From: Minisyncoccota bacterium
GTDB lineage: Bacteria > Patescibacteriota > Minisyncoccia > Phycocordibacterales > GWA1-40-21
NCBI GenBank assembly: GCA_041663045.1
Contig: JBAZRH010000002.1
Location: forward strand, 73,179 to 113,698
DNA: 40,520 nucleotides
Reading direction: 5' to 3'
Below are positions 9,981-18,581 of this stretch, piece by piece. The position numbers and the translations under genes are program-made. The notes under the pieces were generated by a model. The model saw nothing but the letters and a program-made list of their open reading frames with translations. It had not been told where the DNA came from and searched no databases. The stretch's first letter is position 1. Each line of letters opens with the position of its first letter.

Positions 9981-10037
9981 AGACTTAATTTTACTCCAGA
10001 AAAAGAAAAAGCAAAGAGTAGACAAGGAGAAAAAAAC

Positions 10038-10078
10038 AATGCAAAAGGCGGCGCACGAAGTGCGCCGCCTTTTGCATT
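10038..10078. terminator. 19-bp perfect hairpin with c-GAA-g triloop
   Basis: aatgcaaaaggcggcgcac-gaa-gtgcgccgccttttgcatt. Confidence 0.6.
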
Positions 10079-10096
10079 TCTTATTTCACTTCCACC

Positions 10097-10123
10097 CACG
10101 CATACTTTTTTGCTAAAAAGTTG
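10097..10123 (-). repeat. Partial inverted copy of the repeat family A sub-hairpin
   Basis: cacgcatacttttttgctaaaaagttg matches the reverse complement of the family A core at 25/27 positions; the two changes are one compensatory pair (A-T to C-G). Confidence 0.7.
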
Positions 10124-10132
10124 TCTGGGCCC

Positions 10133-10320
10133 TCCTTACAGGAGCAGTATACCTTTCACATTTTGAATACAAAACGTTCAAGGTCTTTCATTTGGGTCCC
10201 ATCCCAAATCTCAACCTCGGCTCGTCAGCCTCCGGCCGGTTGAGGTTAAAACAAAAAGTGCGTTCAGAACGCACTTTTTTGCTATTTAACCTCAATTCCT
10301 TACAGGAACAGTACACCTTT
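10133..10320. repeat. 24-bp direct repeats (10133-10156, 10297-10320) enclosing nested hairpins
   Basis: tccttacaggagcagtataccttt vs tccttacaggaacagtacaccttt (2 mismatches). Inside: ttgaggttaaa/tttaacctcaa enclosing aaaaagtgcgt-tcaga-acgcacttttt. Confidence 0.65.
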
Positions 10321-10377
10321 TGGATACTTTATTTCGTAATACTCATAAACTATCTCAAAAGGTCCGTTGAAGTCAAA

Positions 10378-10405
10378 AGAAAACCGCGTTTAGACGCGGT
10401 TTTCT
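10378..10405. terminator. Terminator after rplK
   Basis: agaaaaccgcgt-ttag-acgcggttttct, a few bases downstream of the rplK stop. Confidence 0.75.
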
Positions 10406-10410
10406 CTTAA

Positions 10411-10833
10411 TTATTTGACTTCAACGCCCATAGATCTTGCTGCGCCTTCTACCATTTTCATGGCGGCGTTTATATCATTTGCATTCATATCTACCATTTT
10501 CTTCTCTGCGATGGCTTTTACTTGAGCTTTTGTCATGGTTCCAACCTTCTTTGTATTTGGCTTACCTGAACCCTTTTCCTGTCCGATTGCCTTCAGTATC
10601 ATACTGGCTGTCGGAGGAGTTTTCAGTATAAAATCGTAGGTTCTATCTTCATAAACTGTGATAACAACAGGAAGTATTTCACCGATATTTGCTTTTGTTG
10701 CGGTATTAAATTTGTTTACGAAATCTCCGATATTTATACCTGCCTGACCAAGAGCTGGACCGATTGGTGGAGCTGGTGTAGCTTTACCTGCCGGTATCTG
10801 AAGTTTTAATTTTTTTGATATTTTCTTTGCCAT
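10411..10833 (-). CDS. rplK: 50S ribosomal protein L11
   Basis: [26 protein letters not shown]...[16 protein letters not shown]. Confidence 0.98.
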   Translation of the reverse strand: MAKKISKKLKLQIPAGKATPAPPIGPALGQAGINIGDFVNKFNTATKANIGEILPVVITVYEDRTYDFILKTPPTASMILKAIGQEKGSGKPNTKKVGTMTKAQVKAIAEKKMVDMNANDINAAMKMVEGAARSMGVEVK

Positions 10834-10894
10834 AATTTTTTATTAGTTTGCTTGAGGCCTGGTTAAAATACCAGAAAGCACCTCAAAAGTAAAG

Positions 10895-11440
10895 CTATGC
10901 CTTTCTTATCTGCAATAAATCAAGCTCGACAGATGTCTCTCTTCCGAACATAAGGACCATCACTCTTGCTTTACCCTTTTCACCATCTATCTCACTTATT
11001 TTACCTTCAAGCTCTTTAAACGGACCGTCTACAATCTTCACTGAATCTCCTTTTACAAAGTTTACATCGTGAGTAACTGTGTGTGATTCCATCCTTCCAA
11101 GCAAAAAGTCTATTTCCTTCTGAGTAAGCGGAACAGGATATACACCAGCGCCGACAAACCCTGTAACTCTCGGTGTATTTCTAACGACGAACCAAGAATC
11201 ATCTGTAACGATCATATCTACGAGAATATATCCGGGATATATCTTTTCTTCATCTTCCACTCTCTTATTACCTTTTATTTTTATTTTCTTTTCGATAGGG
11301 ACAATGACATTGAAAATCTTTTCCTGCATATTCAAGGATTCAATTCTTTGCTTCAAGTTTCTGGCAACGGCATTCTCATATCCAGCGTAAGTGTGAATAG
11401 CATACCAATGTCTTCCCTCTTGTATTGTTTGTTTTGCCAT
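10895..11440 (-). CDS. nusG: Transcription termination/antitermination factor NusG
   Basis: WYAIHTYAGYEN.V, YPGYILVDM, VRNTPRVTGFVG, KOW motif VKIVDGPF..LEG.I, FGRETSVEL. Confidence 0.98.
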   Translation of the reverse strand: MAKQTIQEGRHWYAIHTYAGYENAVARNLKQRIESLNMQEKIFNVIVPIEKKIKIKGNKRVEDEEKIYPGYILVDMIVTDDSWFVVRNTPRVTGFVGAGVYPVPLTQKEIDFLLGRMESHTVTHDVNFVKGDSVKIVDGPFKELEGKISEIDGEKGKARVMVLMFGRETSVELDLLQIRKA

Positions 11441-11444
11441 TTCT

Positions 11445-11624
11445 TTATATAAATATCCTTAGTATATTTGTAAAAATGTAGTCAAAAAATCCAAGACTGG
11501 CTGCGACTGCAACAGAAATAAAGATTACAAGAATAGTAAACATAAAAGCCTGTTTTCTTGTCGGCCAACTTACATGTTGCATTTCCCCCTTAGTTTCCAA
11601 TATATAATTTGATAATCTAGACAT
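11445..11624 (-). CDS. secE: Preprotein translocase subunit SecE (missed by the ORF track)
   Basis: Manual translation MSRLSNYILETKGEMQHVSWPTRKQAFMFTILVIFISVAVAASLGFFDYIFTNILRIFI* has the E.+.V.WP motif and one TM; canonical position before nusG. Confidence 0.93.
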   Translation of the reverse strand: MSRLSNYILETKGEMQHVSWPTRKQAFMFTILVIFISVAVAASLGFFDYIFTNILRIFI

Positions 11625-11699
11625 ATTTTTATTTTAATTTCTTTAAAAAACCACCCTTTCGGGCTTGAATACATAATACCATAGTACACAGGTAAAAAG

Positions 11700-11732
11700 C
11701 AAGGGGCGTCCGCCTATGGCGGACGCCCCTTG
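11700..11732. terminator. 15-bp perfect hairpin after the SIMPL gene
   Basis: caaggggcgtccgcc-tat-ggcggacgccccttg. Confidence 0.65.
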
Positions 11733-11754
11733 TCTCTAGCCATTTTATACTCCT

Positions 11755-12600
11755 TTACTTTATCTCGTAAGTAATACTTACATTCGAAGTAATAGTATTC
11801 TCTCCCGCCGGCAATACTGCTTCTGACACATCTTTTGCCATCATAGGCGCCGCGCTCATCACCGCTCTGTCATAATATATCGGATAATTTCCCGATTCAG
11901 AAAATGCCGTAACTTTTACAAGCTTTACTCCAAGCCCTTTTGCGATTTTCTCTGCATCGGCGCGAGCATCCGCTATCGCCAAATCTCTTGCTTGCTTTGT
12001 TATCTCATCTTGCTTATCAACAGAGAAATTCAATCCGCTCATATCTTTGATCCCAAATTCTCCTAGACCAGAGACGATCTTCCCTGCTTTTGTGAGATCT
12101 CTTATTTTGATCTCTATGCCTTGTGAGACACTATATCCTGCGACGACTCTCTTGCCTGAATAACAATTTGGATAAATACTGCAATCCAAAATCTGATTGG
12201 CTTTGTTTACGTATTCATATCTAGGATAAATATTGTAGCTTGTAGTCTTTAAGTCTTTCTCATCCACACCTTGCGCTTTGACATAAGTTAAGACTTTAGC
12301 GACAGTTTTGTTTACAGTATCTTGAGCGATACCAACATCTAGATTTTCTTCAGTTACTGTAAAAGATACAGTGGCAATATCTGGCTTTACGACAACTTCA
12401 CCTTTACCTGAAACTACTATAGTACTCACATCTTTATTGTCTAAACCCCTCCATCCATGTCCACCACAAATAGCTCTACCGATAAAGATAACTACTGCGA
12501 TTAAGATAATGACCCCTAAGACTTTGTGCCATTTTCCTGCTGGACACCAGCCAAATTTCTGACACATCTTACATTCACATTTATTTTCTTGATTTTCCAT
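11755..12600 (-). CDS. SIMPL/DUF541 family protein
   Basis: N-terminal TM, then VVSGKGEV.VKPDIATVSF, L.TTSYNIYP.Y, A..AI.DAR..A..IA..LGV.L, GEN.ITS.VSITYEI. Confidence 0.88.
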   Translation of the reverse strand: MENQENKCECKMCQKFGWCPAGKWHKVLGVIILIAVVIFIGRAICGGHGWRGLDNKDVSTIVVSGKGEVVVKPDIATVSFTVTEENLDVGIAQDTVNKTVAKVLTYVKAQGVDEKDLKTTSYNIYPRYEYVNKANQILDCSIYPNCYSGKRVVAGYSVSQGIEIKIRDLTKAGKIVSGLGEFGIKDMSGLNFSVDKQDEITKQARDLAIADARADAEKIAKGLGVKLVKVTAFSESGNYPIYYDRAVMSAAPMMAKDVSEAVLPAGENTITSNVSITYEIK

Positions 12601-12720
12601 ATTTTTATTATTAAAGATTAACCTGAGAAACTTTTCCTGGGCCTACCAGAAATATTTCACTAATTTGCCAACACAATTATTATATCACCTACCCAATCAG
12701 ACGGGCAATTCTTAAAAAGA

Positions 12721-13536
12721 TTACAGTATGTTCTCAAACAAGGAGATGACCGTCATCGGCCCTACTCCTCCTGGAACAGGGCTTATGGCACTCACTATTT
12801 TAGATACATTTTCAAAATCTACATCTCCGCAAATACCATTTTTCATTTTATTTATCCCAACGTCTATTATTACTTGCTCTTCTCTTACAAAATCTCTTTT
12901 TATAAATTCTGCTTTGCCCACAGCTACTACTAAAATATCTGCTGACTTTGTCTCTTCCTTCAGATCTTTTGTTTTACTGTGACAAATGGTCACTGTCGCA
13001 TCTCTATTAAGAAAAACATTGGCTATAGACCTACCGGCGATAAGAGATCTGCCTACCACTACAACTTTCTTACCTGCAATTTCAATTTCGTAGAAATCCA
13101 AAAGCGAAATAATCCCCTTTGCTGTCGCTGGTACTATCGCAGTCTTATCATTTACGAAAAACTTTTTAATATTTGCCGATGTAAGCCCATCAGCATCTTT
13201 TTCGGGTCTTATTGTGTCTATGATTTTTACAGCATTAAAATTTACAGGTAATGGCATTTGAACAATAATTCCCGACACATTTTCATCCGCATTCTTTTGA
13301 TTTATCTTAGAAATAATCTCACCCTCAGAAGCGGTATTTTCGAGCTGAATATACTCCACATCAAAGCCAATCTTCTCTCCAAAGATTTTCTTTTGCTTTA
13401 TATAAACACTCGATCTCTCATCATTACCTACTTGAAAGATAACAAGCTTTGGCTTCTTGCCCATTTTCGCAATTTTCTCTTTCAGCTTTTCCGAAAGAAA
13501 ATCTCTAACCTTTTTTCCATCTAATATTTTTATCAT
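12721..13536 (-). CDS. folD: Bifunctional methylenetetrahydrofolate dehydrogenase/cyclohydrolase
   Basis: ILDGKK, YIKQK, GIIVQMPLP, KDADG, VPATAKG, VVVGRS, TVTICHSKT, IDVG, PVPGGVGPMT. The longer ORF start (13638) lies inside repeat A. Confidence 0.96.
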   Translation of the reverse strand: MIKILDGKKVRDFLSEKLKEKIAKMGKKPKLVIFQVGNDERSSVYIKQKKIFGEKIGFDVEYIQLENTASEGEIISKINQKNADENVSGIIVQMPLPVNFNAVKIIDTIRPEKDADGLTSANIKKFFVNDKTAIVPATAKGIISLLDFYEIEIAGKKVVVVGRSLIAGRSIANVFLNRDATVTICHSKTKDLKEETKSADILVVAVGKAEFIKRDFVREEQVIIDVGINKMKNGICGDVDFENVSKIVSAISPVPGGVGPMTVISLFENIL

Positions 13537-13576
13537 TTTATTTAAATATCTTAGACTCGTTGAAGTCGTATCTTTT

Positions 13577-13690
13577 AGACTTGCGAGATGTCGTTTTTTT
13601 GGAGACTCTCGGAGCACGACTGGTGCGAGAGGGAGCAAATTTTTAGCAAAAAATTATGCGTGCTCCAAAAAGGCGACATCTCGCAAGTCT
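13577..13690. repeat. Repeat family A, copy 1: 78-bp core (13596-13673) inside a 17-bp perfect terminal inverted repeat
   Basis: Core identical to 15683-15760; arms agacttgcgagatgtcg / cgacatctcgcaagtct; starts 2 nt after the methyltransferase stop. Confidence 0.9.
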
Positions 13691-13691
13691 T

Positions 13692-14570
13692 CTAAACATT
13701 ATTCCACCTTGCAAATATACCACAAGGCAAAAGGCGACCAGATTTCCCCTCCTCTATAGTAAGCTCGCCATATTCCATCTCCCCACCAAATCCCTGAACA
13801 ACATGCGCTAAAGCATTTTTGTATGCTGCTGAAGAATATCCTGAAGCATAGCCGTTTATCAAAAAGAAAAGCGGTTTGTCGGAAAGGATTTTCGCACAAT
13901 TGTCCAAAAGATCCAAGAAATTTTCTTCAATCTTCCAAAGCTCGCCTTTTCCTCCCCTGCCAAAAGATGGCGGGTCCATAATTATCCCATCATATTTATT
14001 GCCTCTCTTCATTTCCCTTATGACAAATTTCCTTGCATCATCTAGAATCCACCTCACCGGCTTTTTATCCAAACCAGAAAGCTCGGCATTTTCTTTTGCC
14101 CAAGAGATAGCAGAAGTCGAACCATCTACATGCACCACTTCCGCTCCAGCAGAAAGGCAGGCGAGAGTTGCTCCACCAGTGTATCCAAAAAGATTCAAAA
14201 CTTTCACAGATCTCCCAGCTTTTTTTATAATTTCGCTTGTCCAATCCCAATTTGGCTTTTGTTCAGGGAAAACTCCTGTATGCTTAAAAGCTGTCGGTTT
14301 AATATTAAATTTCAAATCGCCAAATGCTATCTGCCATTCGCCCAGCATGTCCTTTTCTTTTTTCCAACCTTTTTTGTCGGGATTTGCATAGAAAAATGCG
14401 TTGGCACCTTTCCAATCGCTTTCTGGCAAAAGTTTTTTCCAAAGTGCCTGTGGATCCGGCCTGCGCAAAACATACTTGCCATATCTCTCAAGTTTTTCGC
14501 CATTCCCGCTGTCTATAAGCTCGTAATCCTTGCTCACCTCTGTCTTTAATATTGAAAATCTGTGTTCCAT
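13692..14570 (-). CDS. Class I SAM-dependent methyltransferase, RlmI/RlmK(YwbD)-like, COG1092 type
   Basis: DYELIDSG..EKLERYG, RPDPQALW, FKHTGVFPEQ, VLNLFGYTGGAT, IIMDPPSFG. Confidence 0.85.
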   Translation of the reverse strand: MEHRFSILKTEVSKDYELIDSGNGEKLERYGKYVLRRPDPQALWKKLLPESDWKGANAFFYANPDKKGWKKEKDMLGEWQIAFGDLKFNIKPTAFKHTGVFPEQKPNWDWTSEIIKKAGRSVKVLNLFGYTGGATLACLSAGAEVVHVDGSTSAISWAKENAELSGLDKKPVRWILDDARKFVIREMKRGNKYDGIIMDPPSFGRGGKGELWKIEENFLDLLDNCAKILSDKPLFFLINGYASGYSSAAYKNALAHVVQGFGGEMEYGELTIEEGKSGRLLPCGIFARWNNV

Positions 14571-14651
14571 TGGAATTACAATAACACAGTTTTGATAAAT
14601 AAGAAAGTGTACTACATATTAAAAATCTAATATTTTTGATATAATACCAAT

Positions 14652-14837
14652 ATGAAAAATGACTCTCTGAGTCCAATTATTAGATTTGGACTAATACTAT
14701 TTGGAGCAATATTTATACTGGGTGTAATTAGATCATTAAAAATAAATAATCTTGAATCCATGTTTAAGATATGGGTATCGATACTCATAATCTTAGGAAT
14801 TATTCTTGTGCTGTTTATTAGTAAGAAAGACAAATAG
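14652..14837 (+). CDS. Small two-TM membrane protein, hypothetical
   Basis: 61 aa with two hydrophobic helices and a basic C-terminus; fills the gap between two minus-strand genes. Confidence 0.5.
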   Translation: MKNDSLSPIIRFGLILFGAIFILGVIRSLKINNLESMFKIWVSILIILGIILVLFISKKDK

Positions 14838-14841
14838 TACA

Positions 14842-15642
14842 TCAGGAAACATCAAAAACTCTTCCTGAATTTTCTAAAAGTTGTAATCGCACCCTTTCTG
14901 GATCTTCCCCGCGGATTTCAGCGATTTTTTTATAAACTTCCACTACATAGGCCGGCTCATTGCGCTCTCCCCTGTGTGGGATAGGCGTAGCAAAAGGAGA
15001 ATCCGTCTCGGCGTGGATTTTATCAAGCAGAATTGTTTTTATAACTTTATCAAAGTCTCTGACATAGGTGATAATGCCGGGGAAAGAAATTGTAAAACCG
15101 AGGTCAATAAAATTCTCGGCGGTTTTGAGATTTGAAGTGAAGAAATGCAGATTGCCAAAAACTTTTCCTTCATATTTTTTGAGAATTTCATAAGTGTCGT
15201 CGTAAGCCTCACGAATATGAAGCATTAAAGGTTTTTTGTATTTGATGGCAAATAAAATATGTTTTTCAAATTCGGCTTTTTGGCGAGATTTTTCTGCTTC
15301 TGTCTTCCTTATTCCGCGATTATCTGCGTCCAGTCCGCGTGGTTCCGCGTAGTCGAGACCACACTCACCTATCGCCACCACTTTCGGACTTTTTACGAGC
15401 TTTTCATATTCTTTTTCATCAAATACTTCGCCAGAATTATCATCTGGATGTGCACCAATGCAAGCCCAGACATTTCCATTTGCTTCAGCAATTTTCACCG
15501 CTTCTTTTGAACTTTCCAAACCTGTGCCGATAGTAATAGTCGCCACACCGGCATTTTTCATCCTTTCCAAAACAGCATCCCTGTCGGTGCCATAGCTTTC
15601 AAAATCTAAATGTGAGTGAATGTCTATGTACTTCATTTCCAT
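14842..15642 (-). CDS. tatD: TatD-family 3'-5' exonuclease/DNase
   Basis: IDIHSHL, IGAHP, AIGECGLDY, MLHIR, LHFF, ETDSPF..P...RG..NEP. Confidence 0.93.
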   Translation of the reverse strand: MEMKYIDIHSHLDFESYGTDRDAVLERMKNAGVATITIGTGLESSKEAVKIAEANGNVWACIGAHPDDNSGEVFDEKEYEKLVKSPKVVAIGECGLDYAEPRGLDADNRGIRKTEAEKSRQKAEFEKHILFAIKYKKPLMLHIREAYDDTYEILKKYEGKVFGNLHFFTSNLKTAENFIDLGFTISFPGIITYVRDFDKVIKTILLDKIHAETDSPFATPIPHRGERNEPAYVVEVYKKIAEIRGEDPERVRLQLLENSGRVFDVS

Positions 15643-15672
15643 TTTCGTTATTTAATGTTTATAGGCGAGCGA

Positions 15673-15768
15673 AATAGTATTCTTTTTGGAGACTCTCGGA
15701 GCACGACTGGTGCGAGAGGGAGCAAATTTTTAGCAAAAAATTATGCGTGCTCCAAAAAGGATACTATT
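15673..15768. repeat. Repeat family A, copy 2: same 78-bp core (15683-15760) with a different outer stem
   Basis: Core identical to copy 1; arms aatagtat / atactatt; flanked by gcgagc on both sides; just after the metG stop. Confidence 0.9.
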
Positions 15769-15778
15769 GAGCGAGCCA

Positions 15779-17332
15779 CTACTCTACCCGTAAGAACAAC
15801 GGTTTCTCCGGATTTTTATCTTCTTTTATCAAAGTTAAAATCGCTTTTGAGGTTTCCGGCATTATTGGCAAAAGTTTAAGGGTAATTCCTCTCAAATGTG
15901 TGAGAAGATACACCAAATCTTTTTCTCCTCCAACTTTATCTGTCTTTATCTTTGCAAAAGGTTTTTCTTTTTGAATATATCCGTCAAGTGATTTTATATC
16001 CGCCCAGATTTCATCGCAATAATTTTTGATTTCAAATTTCTCAAGAAAATCTACTTTCATATCCGAAGACCAGAATTCAGAAGCTGTATCACCCACTTTC
16101 ACGCCATTTACCGTCGCCATTTTCATAATCCTACTCACCAGATTCCCCAAACCATTTGCAAGATTGGCATTGTAAGCTTCTTTGAAAGATTCAGCAGACA
16201 TCGGGCCATCTTCAAAAGTATTTATTTCTCTTGCGACAAAATATCGCAGTGCATCTGTGCCGTATTTTTGTATTAGCTCTACCGGACCGACGACATTGCC
16301 GATACTTTTGCTCATCTTCACTCCACCAGGGCCAGTAACAAAGCCATCTATCACGACCGTCTTTGAATTCGGCAAACCACAAGCCATAAGCATTGCTTGC
16401 CACATTGCAGACTGCTGGCGAAGATTGTCTTTTCCACAGTATTGCACCATACCGCCGGTATTTACATGCCATTTCTCATACTTCTTCATATCGCTCGGCC
16501 AGCCGATCGCCGAAACATAGTTTACAAGTGCATCAAACCAGACATACATTGTGTGTTCGCTATCTCCCGGCACTTCTATACCCCATGGCATTTTGCTCTT
16601 TAATCTTGAAATACTGAAATCCTGCAAACCTCTTTTCACAAAAGCTTTTATCTCATTGAATCTAAAATCTGGAATCACAAAATCCGGATTCTTCTCATAA
16701 TATGCCAAGAGTTTTTCGCCAAATGCGGAAAATCTAAAAAAGTAATTCTCTTCGTCGCGGATTTCAAGAGTGAGATTCGGATGATCAGGGCATTTGCCGT
16801 CTGTAAGGTCGGAATCTGTCTTTTCAAGCTCGCAACCGACGCAATATTTCGTTTGATAATTCTTTTTATAAATATAGCCATTCTTATCGCAAACTTTCCA
16901 AAAATCTTCGGCTGTTTTTATATGATTCTCGTCTGTCGTCCTTATGAAATTGCGAGTAATACCCTCTTCTTCTGTAAGTCCAAGAAGTTTTATAAGCTCT
17001 TTGAATTTGCCGGTGTAGAAATCGACAAATTCTTGTGGTGTCTGCCCAGCTTCTTTTGCTTTTTGAAAAATCTTTTGGCCATGCTCATCTGTGCCGGTAT
17101 TAAAAAACACCTCATACCCCGTGAGCTTTTTGTAGCGAGCGATAATATCCGCACGCACCATTTCAAGAGCATGCCCCATATGCGCTTCGGCATTTACATA
17201 CGGCAGAGTAGTAGTTATGTAGAAGTAGCCTTTGGCTCTTATAGTTCGACTTCGCTCGGACATCGTGCCCACATCAGAATGTGGTCGTGCCGCTCCTCGC
17301 TCGTCGAAATAGAATAATTTTTTCCCTTTCAT
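15779..17332 (-). CDS. metG: Methionine--tRNA ligase (short form), with a ~30-aa N-terminal insertion
   Basis: YITTTLPYVN..HMGH, GTDEHGQK, YCVGCE..CPDH knuckle, YVWFDAL, KMSKS. ATG overlaps the upstream TAA (TAATG). Confidence 0.96.
   Translation of the reverse strand: MKGKKLFYFDERGAARPHSDVGTMSERSRTIRAKGYFYITTTLPYVNAEAHMGHALEMVRADIIARYKKLTGYEVFFNTGTDEHGQKIFQKAKEAGQTPQEFVDFYTGKFKELIKLLGLTEEEGITRNFIRTTDENHIKTAEDFWKVCDKNGYIYKKNYQTKYCVGCELEKTDSDLTDGKCPDHPNLTLEIRDEENYFFRFSAFGEKLLAYYEKNPDFVIPDFRFNEIKAFVKRGLQDFSISRLKSKMPWGIEVPGDSEHTMYVWFDALVNYVSAIGWPSDMKKYEKWHVNTGGMVQYCGKDNLRQQSAMWQAMLMACGLPNSKTVVIDGFVTGPGGVKMSKSIGNVVGPVELIQKYGTDALRYFVAREINTFEDGPMSAESFKEAYNANLANGLGNLVSRIMKMATVNGVKVGDTASEFWSSDMKVDFLEKFEIKNYCDEIWADIKSLDGYIQKEKPFAKIKTDKVGGEKDLVYLLTHLRGITLKLLPIMPETSKAILTLIKEDKNPEKPLFLRVE
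17243..17311. repeat. Palindromic element in frame within the metG 5' end
   Basis: TTCGAC...GTCGAA arms, internal ccacATCAGAATgtgg hairpin (17269-17284), duplicated GAGCGA and GCACGA motifs. Confidence 0.65.
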
Positions 17333-18519
17333 TAGCTTTGATTTTCTGAGATTTGTTCTCTACTCTTCCAAAAGAGATGCTTCCTCCTTTCTAGATCATC
17401 TACAAATTCCATTATGGTTGAGACAATCGGAACAGAAAGGATTATACCTATAAAACCAGCAAGCTTGGCACCAATAATAAGCGAAAGTATAACAAGTATC
17501 GGGGAGACTCCGACGATTTTCTTCACAACAAGAGGGTAAATGAGATGATTTTCAAATTGTTGAATAATTATATAAAGTCCAGTAGTTATCAAAGCAAGCG
17601 TTACTCCCCCACCTACAAATGCTGTCATAATACCTGGTATAGCAGAAAGTACTGGACCAAAGACCGGGATAATTTCAAGAAGTCCGGCGAGAACAGCAAG
17701 CAAAAGAGCGTTTTTTACTCCAAGAACCATAAGACCAAGATACACGAGTACAGCCACGAGAATCCCAAGAAGCATTTGTCCCTGCATCCAATAACCGATC
17801 TTTGTCTGCGATCTCTTCCATAAATCTACAATATATTTTTCGTGTCTTACCGGACTTATTAGTCCTAAGAATTTTGCCACACCATCTTCTTGCACAGCGA
17901 GATAAAATGAAAGTACTATTATCAATGTAAATGACAGGAGTCCTCCGAACACTGTGCTTACCATTTTTATCAAGCCGTCTGATACATTTGAGGCAATATC
18001 TTGTATGCTCCTTATCAAATCACCGAGACCAAAAGAGGCCGATTTTGAGACGGATTCTAAGGTTGATTTGATCTGATCGTTTGTTGCGTTCTTTGCCAGT
18101 TGTTGAGGGTTATTTATTGCATTAGAAATATCCTGTACAGCTTTTTGTGAGGTTGTAACATTGCCTTGATCAATATTTAAGGGATTCCAAAGTGATGTTG
18201 TCTCAAGGTATTGAGGTATTGATGAAAGAAAACTCGAAGCCTCACTCAATATTGAAGGAATAAAGAAATAAAAGAGACCAGCGAAAATTCCAAAAAGGCC
18301 GAGGTAAGTAACAATAGCGGCTGGGATACGAGAAAGTTTATACTTACGAAACCATTTTATAAGAGGCTCTATACCGGAAGCGATCACGACAGACACCAAG
18401 ACAACGAGTACGATGTCTTTTATATAGTACAGAAACCATAAACCAAGTATTATCAAAAGGCCTTTAAATATTGATCCCGGAGTTATGTTGATTGTTAATC
18501 CTTTATTGTCTGTTTCCAT
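17332..18519 (-). CDS. AI-2E family transporter (UPF0118/PerM)
   Basis: Multi-TM; LSFYLAVQEDG, YWMQGQ, GLLEIIPVFGP, IIQQFENHLIYPLV.KK.VG.SP..VILSL.IG. Confidence 0.9.
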   Translation of the reverse strand: METDNKGLTINITPGSIFKGLLIILGLWFLYYIKDIVLVVLVSVVIASGIEPLIKWFRKYKLSRIPAAIVTYLGLFGIFAGLFYFFIPSILSEASSFLSSIPQYLETTSLWNPLNIDQGNVTTSQKAVQDISNAINNPQQLAKNATNDQIKSTLESVSKSASFGLGDLIRSIQDIASNVSDGLIKMVSTVFGGLLSFTLIIVLSFYLAVQEDGVAKFLGLISPVRHEKYIVDLWKRSQTKIGYWMQGQMLLGILVAVLVYLGLMVLGVKNALLLAVLAGLLEIIPVFGPVLSAIPGIMTAFVGGGVTLALITTGLYIIIQQFENHLIYPLVVKKIVGVSPILVILSLIIGAKLAGFIGIILSVPIVSTIMEFVDDLERRKHLFWKSREQISENQS

Positions 18520-18581
18520 AGTATTAAATAGATGATAACACGATAAAAACTTTTTGAAAAGAAAGAGATTTTTTTCGACTT

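Noticed and set aside
11625-11754. tRNA-Trp upstream of secE
   Set aside because: No cloverleaf, T-arm GTTC motif or CCA end is recognisable; only a terminator-like hairpin.
13537-13638. N-terminal extension of FolD in the ORF track
   Set aside because: It is read-through of repeat A; family homology starts at MIKILDGKK.
13596-13673. Repeat A as a ZTP or THF riboswitch for folD (contains GACTGG)
   Set aside because: The motif is on the strand opposite folD, the 3' pseudoknot sequence is absent, and an identical copy sits before tatD.
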